Positions 28,184-41,041 of a stretch of 64,000 nucleotides of DNA are shown piece by piece. Below the pieces are notes generated by a model. It was not told the DNA's origin. It ran no database searches and saw only the letters and a list, made by a program, of their open reading frames with translations. Source of the stretch: the human T2T-CHM13v2.0 reference genome, Homo sapiens; assembly GCF_009914755.1 (NCBI RefSeq), contig NC_060930.1; one strand, 5' to 3'. The translations under genes and the position numbers were made by a program. The first letter of the stretch is position 1. Each line of letters starts with the position of its first letter.

Positions 28184-30894
28184 CCCAGCTAACTTGATTT
28201 TATTTTTTGTAGAGATGGGGTCTCCCTATATTGCCCAGACTGGTCTTGGAACTCCTGGGCTCAAGAGGTCTTCCTGCCTCAGCCTCCTAAAGTGCTGGGA
28301 TTACTAAAGTGCTGGGATTACAAGTGTGAGCCCCGCTATGCTTGGTCTGAAATTTATTTCTTAGAGAATAAGGCTTGAAAGTTAAAATTACGCCTTGATC
28401 TATGAGTTGCTTAATGAATGTTCTGTAAGCAGGCATAAAAACAACATTAATTTCCTTGTACAGCTCCATCAGAGCTCTTAGGTAACCACGTGCTTTGTCA
28501 ATGAGACATAATATTTTGAAAGAAATCTTTTTCTCTGAGCAGTAGTTCTCAACAGTGGCCTTACAATATTCAGTAAACCATGCTGTAAACACATATACTA
28601 TCATCCAGACTTTTTTTTTTGTCTCATTTATAGACCACAGACAGAGTAGATTCAGCATAATTATTAAGGGCCCTAGGATTTTCCTAATTATAAATGAGCA
28701 TTGGCTTTAATGTCAAGTCATCAGCTACATTAGCCCCTAACAAGAGAATCAGCCTGTCCTTTGTAGCTTTGAAGCCAGACATTGATTTCGTCTCTTAAGA
28801 TGTAAAAGTCCTAGATGTGATCTTCCAATATAAGGATGTTTTATTTAGGTTGAAAATCTATTGTTTAGTGTAGCCACCTTCATCAATGATCTTAGCTAGA
28901 TGTTCTAGATAACTTGCAGCAGCTTCTACATTAGCACTTGCTGCTTCACATTATATTTTAATGTTATAGATATGGCTGTTTTTCCTTAAACTTCACAAAC
29001 CAACCTCTGCTATCATCAGACTTTTCTTCTACAGCTTTTTCACCTGTCTCAGCCTTCATAGAATTGAAGACAGTTAGGGTCTTGCTCTGGATTAGGCTTT
29101 GGCTTAAGGGGATGTTGTGGCTGTTTGATTTTCACTTCAGGCCACTAAAAATTTCTCCATGTCAGCAATAAGGCTGCTTTGCTTTTTTATTATTCATGTG
29201 TTCACTGGAGTAGATTTTTAATGTCCTTTGAGAACTTTTCCTTTGCATTTATAACTTGGCTAATTGTCTGGCACAAGAGGTATAGGTTTTAGCCTATCTT
29301 GGCTTTCAACATGTTTTCCTCAATAAGCTTAATCACTTCTAGCTTTGGATTTAAAATGACATATATGGAATTCTTCTATTCACTTGAACACTTACAGGCC
29401 ACTGTAAGGTTATTAGTTGGCCTAATTTCAATATTGTGTCTTGAGGAATAGAGGGCCCCAAGGAGAGGGAGAGAGACAAGGAATGGCCAGTCAGTGGAGC
29501 CAGTGTGTCAGAATACACACATTTATTGATTAAGATTGATGTCTTATATGGGCACAGTTTGAGATGCCCCAAAACAATGACAATGGTAACATCAGGGATT
29601 ACTGATCACAGATTACCATAACAGATATAATGGTAATGACAATGTTTGAAATATTGTGAGAATCACCAAAATGTGACAGAGAGACATGAAATGAGCATGT
29701 GCTGTTGGAAAAGTGGTACCTTATGAAACACAAAGTATTGCCACAAATCTTTTATTTGTAAAAAAAAAAATTTGCAAAGTTCAATAAAGTGGAACTCAAT
29801 AAAATGAGGTATATGCCTGTGATTATATATAGTAATAAAGATAAAAGCAGATAAAAAGAAAACCAATGAAGAAAGTCAGTACAATTGAAATTTTGATCCT
29901 TAAGAAAGTCAACTAAATTAATAAACTTCTAGCCAAACTCATTAGGAAAATTAAAGAATAGACGTAAATGACCAATATCAGAAAAAACTGGTGATATTAG
30001 ATTCAACAAACATTGAAAAGATAAGAAAAAGATTTATATATGAACAAATTTATGCTAATAAACATAACAAGATAAAATGTTTACATGCCTTAAAGATACA
30101 AACTACCAAACTCAACAAAGCTCACTCAAGAAAAAACCTGGGTATCTCTAATTGAATTTTAAAATCTTCTCAGAAAGAAAATTTCAGGCACAAATGTCTT
30201 CACTGCTGAATTCTACCAAATATTTTCAATTGTACTTTAACTCTTGCAGAAAATGGAAGAGGAATGAATACTTTCCAACTCATTTTTAAAGGACTACCTT
30301 TCCGTAACACCAAAACCAGATGAAGATATCACAAGAAAAAAAAGCTACTGACCAATATCCCTCATGAACATAGAAGCAAATATTTTTAAGTAAATTTTAG
30401 TAATACGGTTCAACAACATGTTAAAAAATACATCATAATTGAGTTTTATCCAGGAAATGAAAATTCAGTCTGAAAATCAATGCATGTAGCTCCCCATATT
30501 AACAAAGTAAGTAAGAAAACCTGTGTGGTCATCTGCATCGATGTAAAGAAAATATTTGACAAAATTTAATGTTCATTCATGATTAAAATAAAAACTCTCA
30601 AAAAGCTAGGAAAAGATGGAAACTTCCTCAGCCTGATAAGAGGCATCTTTGAAAAACTGTTTTATCAGTGTCCCACTAACGCTTTCTGGCTTCAGAAGTG
30701 GGTGTCTGGTAGAGAACTTCCTTAACACCATTCAACAGCTCATGAGGACCACAGGAAGTACCATTAGGCTTAGGGTGATCTCCAGGGAACTCAAAATAAG
30801 ACTGCTTACAGCTGAAGTTAATGGCCCTAAGTCTCATCTTCTCCAAGGCCTACATGGCTTCCCAGGGCAAAGAGGCTCAGTGTTTTTTTCACAG

Positions 30895-30990
30895 CCTCTG
30901 CTAACCCTAGAGTACAAGCTTCTCGTAACAGAGATGGTGTCTTTCTTTTGCTCACTAATTATGCCAAGCATAACACCATGACGTAGCATT
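30895..30990 (+). mobile_element. L2 3' fragment
   Basis: CTAGAGTACAAGCTTCTCGTAACAGAGATGGTGTCTTTCTTTTGCTCACT. Confidence 0.55.
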
Positions 30991-32904
30991 TTATCTATAC
31001 TTACTTACTACGTTATTATTTTTTTGGAGGGGAAGGTGTTAAAAGTGAGAAATTAAAATTAAAATGGTTTCCCTTATCACCAACATATCAACCCCTCCTT
31101 CCAACTCTTTTGTCTAGGATCGTAGGATTCTTGGACATCAGGGAGGAATAAATAAGGAATGTCTTGGAAGGAGGCCCAAATCACCATTTTCTCACTGAAA
31201 TTAAATTAAGCTGTTGAAAGAAAGAAAGAAAGAAAGAGAAAACCCATGATCCAGGGTGTAGTCTTTTTTCATCTCCCCTTTAAATACTGCTCTTTTGTTA
31301 TTAACATACTTGTTCATTTGATTCTTATGATGAAATGTGTGTTTTTTTCTTCTAAAGCATATAACAATCATCTAGATGGTCATTATTATTATTATTCACT
31401 TTTGACATGTATGCTGTGAACTATCAGTGTCTGCTGACACATTGGATAAATATCGTGGTGGAGAAACACTGTAAGAATACTTTGGTGATTGACTTGATAT
31501 TCAGTTTTCATTTGGCTGTTTTTAGCACCATAAGATTCTTATTTTATTAGAATTAATTCTATTTAGTGACCCTTCTGCAAGTATATTCTGACCCTTTACA
31601 GTAACAGCCAAATACATTTTTAGCTCATTATCTGGTACATTTTATCGTGCCATCAGCTACATGAAGAGCTGATATACTCTTAGTGACCTTCACATAGAAT
31701 TAAGTTTAGAAAGGTACACAAATGGCATACAGTTAATGCTAAAATAAAAAAATAAGCATATACATATATATCTATACACACATATATACATATATGCACA
31801 CACATATATAACAGGCTTTTAATGTATTGAAAACTTGGAAAAATGGGAACTGGATTTTAAGAAATTTCAGTAAATAAATAAAACTTCCTTTTTGCTAACT
31901 TCAAATCTATCCTCAGGAGATCCTATTACATGATTTAGGAGAAAAATACATGCACACACACACACACATTCACACTCATATTTGGGATGAAAATACAACC
32001 TCAGAAGTTTCCTATTTGAAATAATAACGATTCTTGAAACTGACTACTATTGTTCATCCCCTCCAGGAATGATCTCCCAGGTTGAGAAAACAAAACCTGG
32101 AAAGAAGTCCAAATAATCTACAATGAATTAAATCCTCGCATTCTTGAGAAAGCAACTTGAGATCAGGGAGCAAATTAACATATAACTTCATCTCCAGATG
32201 TACCCTCTTGCATTTTTAAACCTCTGCTGAACCAGCTTTCTAGTTTTAAAAAGGTTGTTTATATTAAGAGCTCTTGAATTATTATATTTAAGGCAGTATT
32301 TCTTATATTCAAAGATTTTTATAAAAAAAACTAAGTTCAATTATATTTAACATTGATCAGGCTAAACTACAATTGGAGCCCTAATTAATGTTTCAAAAAT
32401 TTAGACCACTTAATGATCATCATCAGCAGGTACTAATAATTCTTGGAGTCCCAAAAAATGTCCCAGGCAGTTTCCATGTTGCATTTCTCTTGGTCTATGG
32501 AAACAAGTGGCAAGAGTAGTTGAAAGTAAATGAGCTGTTCTTTCAATTTAATTCAAGATGTTTTCAGTACTCTGAATAAAAGACTTTAGAAACTGTTATT
32601 TTTTTCTTCTGATCTTTATAATGCCCCTTGAATTAAAAGCTAAGCTGACACTTTAATTGTGGTCAGGCCAAAGCAGTGTATTCATAGACTGGATAAATGC
32701 TAATTTGTCAGCCAGGCTAAATTATGCATGTCCTTCTATCTTCCCATTTCCCATGACTGTTCGCAGTTGGGGGTTGCTTCTCTATCCCTGGTTTCTCTAG
32801 AAATCTTTGCAATTGAATCACTAAGATGCTTCCTGTTAGTGAGAACTAACTTTCCCTCTCCCTGTCTTCCCTACTACCTCTCCTTATGCTTTTGTCTTCT
32901 ACAG

Positions 32905-32975
32905 GAATATTTGTGAATTGTGCAAGAAGAATACACTATGTGGATTATTTCTAAAATCAAATGTTTGAAATTAAG
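32905..32975 (+). other. Candidate 71-nt non-coding internal exon
   Basis: Branch-point-like ACTAAC at 32845-32850, a roughly 50-nt AG-free polypyrimidine tract ending TACAG, and donor AAG|GTAAAT. Stops in all three frames. No transcript evidence available. Confidence 0.35.
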
Positions 32976-34422
32976 GTAAATTTCATTTTTATAACAAAGT
33001 TCTTAAAGGCACAAAAAAGAAAATAGACAAAACAGTAATCCACAGTGAAAAACATAGAAAGACTCTTATTTGTTATTGGAAAGGGTAGAGACTTGAACAG
33101 ATTTTATTTGTAATTTGTTATAACTTTATAATAAATTTGTGCAGAATTATATTCTGAGATAAATTTTAATACATTGCCATTTCCACATATGGCTGGGGAG
33201 AACCAAGACAAAGGTAAAATAGTAAGTTAATAAAGATCAGCAGTCATTAACTTGTATTGCAAAGAGCCTAAGCAGTCACTGAGTTAGATGAGGGAACTCC
33301 AAGCAATGGATTCATCCAGAGTCAATTTGATGACTCTTCTTCAAGAGTCTTCAACTGATTTATATATTGAGATTTTCTGTTAGATTTTTAAATAAATCTG
33401 ATTTATACCTTGAGACTTTCTGTTAGTGTCTTAATCTTACTGCTGCTTTAAAAAGAAACAAAAGTTTTGAAAACCACTGAATTCAACTGTAGTTATGCCT
33501 ACCATAACTACAGTTATGAAGATTACATGAAGATTATACAAGAAGAATGGCTGATGCAAATAAATTATTTTTCAGTCAATTCTGAGCCTTCCAGCAAGAT
33601 AGCTAGCATTTCTTGAAGATGAGGTTTCTGATTTGTTGGTTTTGGTGTTGCTTACTCTGCAGCACAGTGAAGCCTCCAAAAATACTTCCCCCATGTATAA
33701 ATTCATTTTACTAATCTTAGCCAATATCTTCCTAGATAAAAGGGCCATCAAGATTTCCAACAAGGGTCTTTACCATTTGATTTCCCATCACAGGGTGAGT
33801 TCTGAGCATAGAAAGCAGCCTGAAGCCCCAGGATTCAGGTCCCCAGATTACGAAGGACTGGACAGGATTCACTCCTGTAAGCAAAGTTCTTTTTCTCTAG
33901 TACTGTGGTTTCTGGAAGAAACAGTTGTTTAGAGATAAAAAATCAGGAAATCCAAAATGAATAAACATGTGAAAATGTAGAAATTGACTGTTGGCGAGGA
34001 CTTGAAGATTCTTTCCATATTTTGAAGATGTGGTTAAATATTAAATATAATCAAAATGTTTCTACAGTTGCATGGCCATTTCTTTCTGTCTCATGCATAC
34101 TTTGGCATTGCCTTGATGATTTTACCTCTGTGCCCCAGACTCTCAGTTTTGGCTCTGAAGGAGTTAATCTACTACTTATACTCCCTGCTCGTCCTGTGTG
34201 GATCTTGTATCACGAGATGATGAAATATTTGACTGTACATGCCACTCAGACTTGACTAAAATAAGAAACATCACTTTCTTTTCCTAGTCACGTATTCACT
34301 TAAAAATATGTCTATTCACGTATCATGTACATGACTCAATAAGAAATAAAACATTCTGGGCACCATAAAGTAAAAAGAAACTTTGAAATAGCCCTTTACC
34401 TGGTTAAGTTTTTAGGACATTG

Positions 34423-34735
34423 TAAAGGTTGGCAAATTCTGTCCTATGGACCAAATCTAGTATGTAGCATGTGTTTGTATAGCTTGGGAGCAAAGAATGG
34501 TTTTTACATTTTTTAATGTTTTAAAAAAGGAAAAATATTTTATTATAGATGAAAATGATTCAAAATTCAAATTTAGTGCCTATGAAAAAGATTTCTTGGA
34601 GCTACACTTATTAATTTAGGTATTGTCTATGTGTCTGCTTTTACATAATAATCAAAATTGATTAGTTGTAACAGAGACCTTATGGCCCACAAAGTCTAGA
34701 ATATTTACTTTACAGAAAACATTTACCAACACCTG
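34423..34735 (+). mobile_element. MER58B (hAT-Charlie MITE)
   Basis: GGTTGGCAAA...GAGCAAAGAATGGTTTTTACATTTTT...AGTTGTAACAGAGACC...TTTACAGAAAACATTTACCAACACCTG. Confidence 0.88.
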
Positions 34736-35899
34736 GAATAGTGAATTTCTTTATTTATAGCTGAATTTCAACCTGAATTTTGCATCATTTACTCAATTTC
34801 CCAATTTGGATGTCAGTCTGGGTGCCATGTTTTCTCTGGTGGCTCTTCTTCTAACTTCTTGATAAGATTATCTTTTTCTCTCTAGACATAATAGCCCTTA
34901 AGTTGGCTTATGCTAACTTTTTGTTCTGTCATTCAAAAAAGAAAAAAAAATGTGTGAACAAAACAAGGGAAAGAATACCAGCTTCCTTTGCTATGGGATG
35001 ACACTGATTTGGAGCTGAGATTTAAGAATATACCCAGATTTAGGCCTGAAATAGCCTAATATTTTCTGTTTCTCCCTTTTTGGAAAAACTAAGACATTTT
35101 CTCTCCTTTTCCTGTTTTATAGTTCGTGTGCAACAGCTTGTCAATTGCTCAATAGTCTTGTTTGCTTCAGAGATATCTGAAGTTACACTTAGAGAAGAGG
35201 AAAATTTAGAGAAGAGGAAAATCAATTTGGCAGTGATTTAAGAGGTTCCTTAGGGATGCACTGAGGCCCATCATTTTTGTTTCTTGATGGCTCAAGATAC
35301 AGTTTTGCCATCTGATATAGGACTACTTACTAATCTATGATTTAGTAGCAGATATTTTAGTGATTTTTTTTTGTCATCCAGACACTCCCTGTCCTAAAAT
35401 AATGCCTGATTAAAATGAATCTTGTTTCCTAGAGAAATCAGCAAGGCACTGCAGATTAGCTATTTGTAAACTCCTTCTGAATCTATCTATAACACAGTGA
35501 AACAGGAATTAGAAGCAATATGACTATACTCTGGAGCATTTTCTTTAGGTGTTTCATCCACAGAAACAGCTTTGAGCTGTGAAAGCACTTCTGTAAGTGT
35601 TTTGAATTTAAATTCATGCAATGTGCTAATTATTTACTCTATAGAGTGTTTCTTGGCTCACATACTTTTTGTATGATTTTATATATGTGTGTTATATATA
35701 TAGATATATGGCATTCTAAATAAATATTGGCTAGTGGATCAAGCTTTATAGTGCGACTAGCACTTATTGTTTTCCTTAAATGGGATACTATTCATAAACT
35801 TTATACATGTATCTTTTATTTTTATTTAAAGGATTATAGAAATTCCAGTGTTCATTGCAAATAAAATATTTGTGATGGTGAAGGATTAATTACTAAAGT

Positions 35900-36075
35900 G
35901 TTTTATAGTACTCTCCACTACTGATTTTACATTACATGTTTATTTGTTTATTATCTGTCTCCTTCATTAGAATGTAAGTCCCATGAGTAGGGTGTTCAAT
36001 TTGTTCATCGCTGTATCCCCATCACCTAAAACGATGCCTGACACATAGGGTGTGACCAATACTTATTGAATGAGA
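35900..36075 (+). mobile_element. L2a 3' end
   Basis: TCTGTCTCCTTCATTAGAATGTAAGTCCCATGAG...TTGTTCATCGCTGTATCCCC...GCCTGACACATAG...TTGAATGA. Confidence 0.88.
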
Positions 36076-36789
36076 AAATTGTCTGGCACCACTCAATCTG
36101 TAAGAGCTGGAATAGAGAGAATAACATATAGTGGATAATACGAATTACCTGCAGAAATCACTTTAAATGTCTTCATAATTTCAAGTTGATAAAAGGAAAG
36201 AAAATCTAATCCAATTTTGACAATAAGGGGAATCTGTAGCTGTATCAGTGATAGTAATATCTCAGCAAAGAATATGTTTACATAGAAGTCAGGAAAAGGG
36301 AGCCTCTAGGGTAAGACTGTTACAGTATTTTACTTCACTATGAGGGTGAAATTCAATGGCCAGGAATCTTGAGTAAGCAGACCCCTCTTCCTACCAAAGG
36401 AAGTAAATTTCTGCAGCCACTAAGATCACGCAACCAAATATCTATACTCTGACTTTACTCTCATTACCAGAGTTTTCATTATAATTGAGCTTGCTCTTAA
36501 ATGAAGGGAGAAGCCTTACCAGTAGATTTGGGCTGAATTGGCCAGTCTTCTTGATATCACTGCAAATATATAAATCAGCATTCTTTTGAACTCTATGTGA
36601 GTTTGCTTAGTGTTTCCTGAAACTGACCACTCCTGGGGACTCTGAGTGTAATGTTTTGATTGTTGTCCCTTTGCTGCCTTAGAGACTAATCAGTTTTCTC
36701 AGGTTAGAGAAAACTATCTCCAGTTTACTATTTTCTATCTCCTGGAGGACAGAGATCTCCATAATACCAGAGTTTAGTATGTTATTGGT

Positions 36790-37245
36790 ATTATCGTAGT
36801 GAGATTCAGCTACATTAGGCTGGGTTAACTAAAAAACAAAACAACACCACAAAGTGAAACAGAAGGAAAACAAAAATTTTTGAAAAGACACAGTGGCTTA
36901 AAACAATTCTAATTTTTCTGTTGTTTAAGCAAAGTCACATGTCTAGGAGACTCTGTGGGTAACTGATCTCCACAGAACAACTTAGTGATTTGGCTGAGAA
37001 AGTCTGAACCATCCTAAAGCCACAAAATCTGGAACTTGCTGGCCAGCCAAGTGGGGAGACAGATAATATGCTGGCTTGAAAATGCTGTCATACAAAAGAA
37101 AGACTCATTACATCAACTCATATTTCATTCGCCAAAAAAAGTCAAATTGACCATCTATATCTAAATGTGTTTGAGAAGTGCAATTCTCTTATGGAAGGCA
37201 AAGGAGTACTGGAAAATTTGGTGAACAACAATTATATCTACTACA
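36790..37245 (-). mobile_element. Old MaLR LTR (MLT1-like)
   Basis: CAGTGGCTTAAAACAA...CTCATATTTCATTCGCCAAA...GAGAAGTGCAATTCTC...TCTACTACA. Confidence 0.65.
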
Positions 37246-38949
37246 TGTTAAAAGAAAGAGTTAATTCGAATGTGCAATTTAAAAAGTCAGCTTGCAAGAT
37301 ATTTAACAGCTTAACATTACTATTTTGAAAAAAATGCGGGATTTTTATATTATATGTATATATACACTCACACACACATATATACACATACACATATATA
37401 TCCACACGTATATGTGTGTATGTATGTTTGTATGTAGGTATGTGACATTATATTCACTCTACTGGTAACTTCTCAATGATTTATCACCCACTCTACTGAT
37501 ACCTAGAACTCATAAGGATCTCAGTAAACTGGTTTAATCAAATACTATAGTTGGGAACATTTTAAAATATTTTTTCTTTATGATTTTATAAAACATCCTT
37601 AATCTCTATTTAGAATTTGAATCACTTGAATGTGGCAGAATGACTTAATTTCTCCCCCTGTAGTTTCATCTTCACTAATGAGAAGTCATTTTCACTTCTC
37701 TTAGCAAAAGGACAAGGCAGGAACTTTCCTTCCTGAAACCCAAGGCTTTAAGTCTTCCAGAAAAATATAAAGACACATCTGTTTTCCTAGCTTTTAGAGA
37801 AGAGGAGTTGGATTATTCAAGAGAGGAAAAGGTGTGCCTCAACACTGAGAGGAGGAGCTTAAACTCAAGTCTTGGGAGCCATGGTGGTTTTTCTTTGCTG
37901 AGATATACAGCAGGGATTGGAGGCTGTGAGCAACAGACCACCATGCCTTAGAATGCACAACATGGACTTGGACAAAGATGATCTCAGCATCAAAAATGAT
38001 GGACTAAAGACCAGAGCCCCTTGCTTCATTTTCTTAGGAGAGTATGTCTCCTAAAACCTTCTGTAGGGATCTCTATGTCATATATTACACATTTCATCAT
38101 AGAGAGACAAAAATTTTTACTTGATAAAAAAAAATAAAGTAATTGGATACTTTTTATGAGAAATTGTAAAGGAGCAAATGCATAGCATTGCAAAATGAGC
38201 AAGCTTAGTTCTTTGTGTGAATGTAGTTTTCCAGAACTTGTGTGTATGCTATTAGTAAGTAGAGTTTGTAAGTCATTTTACTAGCCTGTGTTCTAACTCT
38301 TCTCAACTATTTCCAAGAAGTGAGACATTTTAAATCTCTTTGAATTTATTTAGATTTTAGTTGTCTTCTAAACAGCAGCAATATGTGTGTGTGTGGGGGG
38401 GTCAATTTCAAATTTTTTTTTTCTAACTGTATTGTAGTGATTTAAGGAAGCACCTTCAATGCATATGAATAATGAAGTTCTAAAAAGCACTGTTATTGCT
38501 GCACAAAGGGAAACATTGAGGACTAGAAGAATTAGGGAATTGGGATAGACTCTGGCTGCATCTAATGATGTGGAGAACTGGTGCTGTTCCTTGATGATCA
38601 ACTTAGTATAAATAAAAGCCTTGCTCAGATTTGATGATGATGCTACTTTCTATTCCTTTTTCCTCAGGCCCCTCATTGGAGACTTTCCGTAGTTCAACTG
38701 CAGAATTTATTCTTTATTTTATTAATGGGAAAGGAATAGTTTTTAGGCCTGTAATTTCTAATGTGATTCATTATAGGACTAGGAAGATTGGGCTTCATGA
38801 AGACTGGTCTGGCATTGATCAATTCTTAACCATCAAAGAGACTTGATTCTCCAGGTATATCTGAGTGCCATTCTGAAGTGTAAACCACAGACAGTCTCCT
38901 TGGGATGTATGAAACCATCACAAGGACAGAGGTGAAAACTGAGAAATAA

Positions 38950-39100
38950 TTCATTCAGCCAACAAATATGTATTCACAAACTACTTATTCAGAATGATGT
39001 GGCTGCTAAGGACATGATAGTGAATAATATAACGCAGATCCTATATCCATTGGGCTATGTTTTAGTTGCTTTTGTGGGGAGAAACAGTAAACACGTAAAA
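38950..39100 (-). mobile_element. L2 3' end
   Basis: TTCATTCAGCCAACAAATATGTATT...GCTAAGGACATGATAGTGAATAA. Confidence 0.6.
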
Positions 39101-39136
39101 TTTTATAGATACGTTTTATGAGAGTGAGTTGACAGA

Positions 39137-39647
39137 TGTATTAGTCAGGGTTCTCTAGCGGGACAGAACTAATAGCATATATGTCTATTAGTATGCTATT
39201 GGTATATATGACATATATATGGAGAATTGACTCGCACTATCACAAGGTGAATTCCCATGATCAGCCTTTTGCAAGTTGAGGAGCAAGGAAGCCAGTAGTA
39301 GCTCAGTCCCAAACCTCAAAAGTAGGGAAGCCAACAGTGCAGCCTTCAGTCTGTGACCAAAGGCCCCAAGAGCCCCTGGCAAACCACTGGTGTAAGTCCA
39401 AGAGTCCAAAAGCCAAAGAACTTGGAGTCTGACATTTGGGGCAAGAAACATCCAGCACGGTAGAAAGATGGAGGCCAATTGGATTGTGCCCACCCACATT
39501 GTTAGTGGGTCTTCCTGAGGGTGAATCTTCCTCTCCCAGTCAACTGACTCAAATGTCAGTCTCTTCTGGCAACACCCAGAAACACCCATATAGACCCTGA
39601 AACAATACTTTGTGTCCTTCAATCCAATCAAATTGACACAATATTAT
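39137..39647 (-). mobile_element. MLT2A (MLT2A2-like, HERV-L) solo LTR
   Basis: TGTATTAGTCAGGGTTCTCTAG...CCTCAAAAGTAGGGAAGCCAACAGTGCAGCCTTCAGTCTGTG...CCTTCAATCCAATCAAATTGACAC. Confidence 0.94.
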
Positions 39648-39669
39648 TTTAATATTAGTGAAAGTGAGA

Positions 39670-39830
39670 TGTATTGGGTAGAGATCAGATAAGGAAGCTC
39701 ACCTAGCCTTGACTTTGCTAAATAGCTGTGTGATCTGAAGAACTTAGCTTAGCTTGGATGAATATTTCTTATCTATAAAATGAGAGAGCTTGGCAACATG
39801 ATCTGTACAGGTACTTCTCTTCTAAGACCA
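39670..39830 (+). mobile_element. MIR fragment
   Basis: AATAGCTGTGTGATCTG...TTTCTTATCTATAAAATGAGAGAGCTTGG. Confidence 0.6.
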
Positions 39831-40400
39831 TGTAAGTCCAATCTTAAACAAATTAAGTTAATATATGTAAATCTCTTAGAACAAAGTTTGGAGGAATGTA
39901 AGCGCTTTCAGAGTTTCAGTTATGATATGAAAATGATTATAATTTTCCTTTTAATCTGTATTCCTTTCCCTGTCTTGCATAGTTTTAATGTAAAGTAGAC
40001 CATTCTTCCTGAAACTCCCAAAGATGTTATCTGTGAGATAATAACAGAAATATAATTAGCTCTTATTAAGTATGTTGAAATTAGCCAAGGACTTTTAGAA
40101 AATCATTGAAAGGATTTTTTTTTAAATAAGGGTTAATTCTTTCTCAATGATACCTGTAAGTGTATAAATGATCAGATTTTAGGTGGGTTAAAAATTTCTC
40201 ATTTCATTGTTGCATATTTTGTGTCTAGTATAATGTGCAGTAGGTCAAATGTTAATAAACTAAGTTTTGATATCTCAAATATAACTGTGCTATGTATAGT
40301 AATATAACGTTTATTGAATGACTATTATTCTGGGGGAAGATCCTTTGTCCTGTGTTTAGCCTTTTGTGATTTTAACACAATTTTAGCACATTTTAAATGA

Positions 40401-40673
<273 letters not shown>

Positions 40674-40699
40674 ATATTTTTAACAATAATAAATAATAA

Positions 40700-40920
40700 T
40701 AGAATAATAGTACAAATCTACCATAGATTTAGTGTTAAATATGTACCAGAATAGTACTAAGAAGCTTACTCACATTATCTCATTAATCCTGGAAGTTGTT
40801 ATTGTGTTAGTTTTACAGACTCTGAGATGATTTACTAATTAAAAACCTGACCAAGGTAGCAGAGCTGGGAAAGAGAAAGACCAAGCTCCTGGGAATAATT
40901 AATGCGCTGCACTGTGCCTC
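40700..40920 (-). mobile_element. MIR
   Basis: CACATTATCTCATTAATCCT...GTTTTACAGA...AACCTGACCAAGGTAGCAGAGCTGGG. Confidence 0.6.
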
Positions 40921-41041
40921 TATTCTGATGACCAGAATAAAACTGTCTTGTTTAGGTGAAATAGCCTTTCAAAGCACTGTTTTATTAAAAATGCAAATAT
41001 TTAAATTTCTACATCTGTATTCATAAATTAGATACTTCTCT

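Noticed and set aside
37630-38100. Possible very old LTR starting TGTGGCAGAA
   Set aside because: I could not assign a family or a 3' end with any confidence.
39188-39631. 147-aa ORF, the longest in the window
   Set aside because: Lies entirely within the MLT2A LTR.
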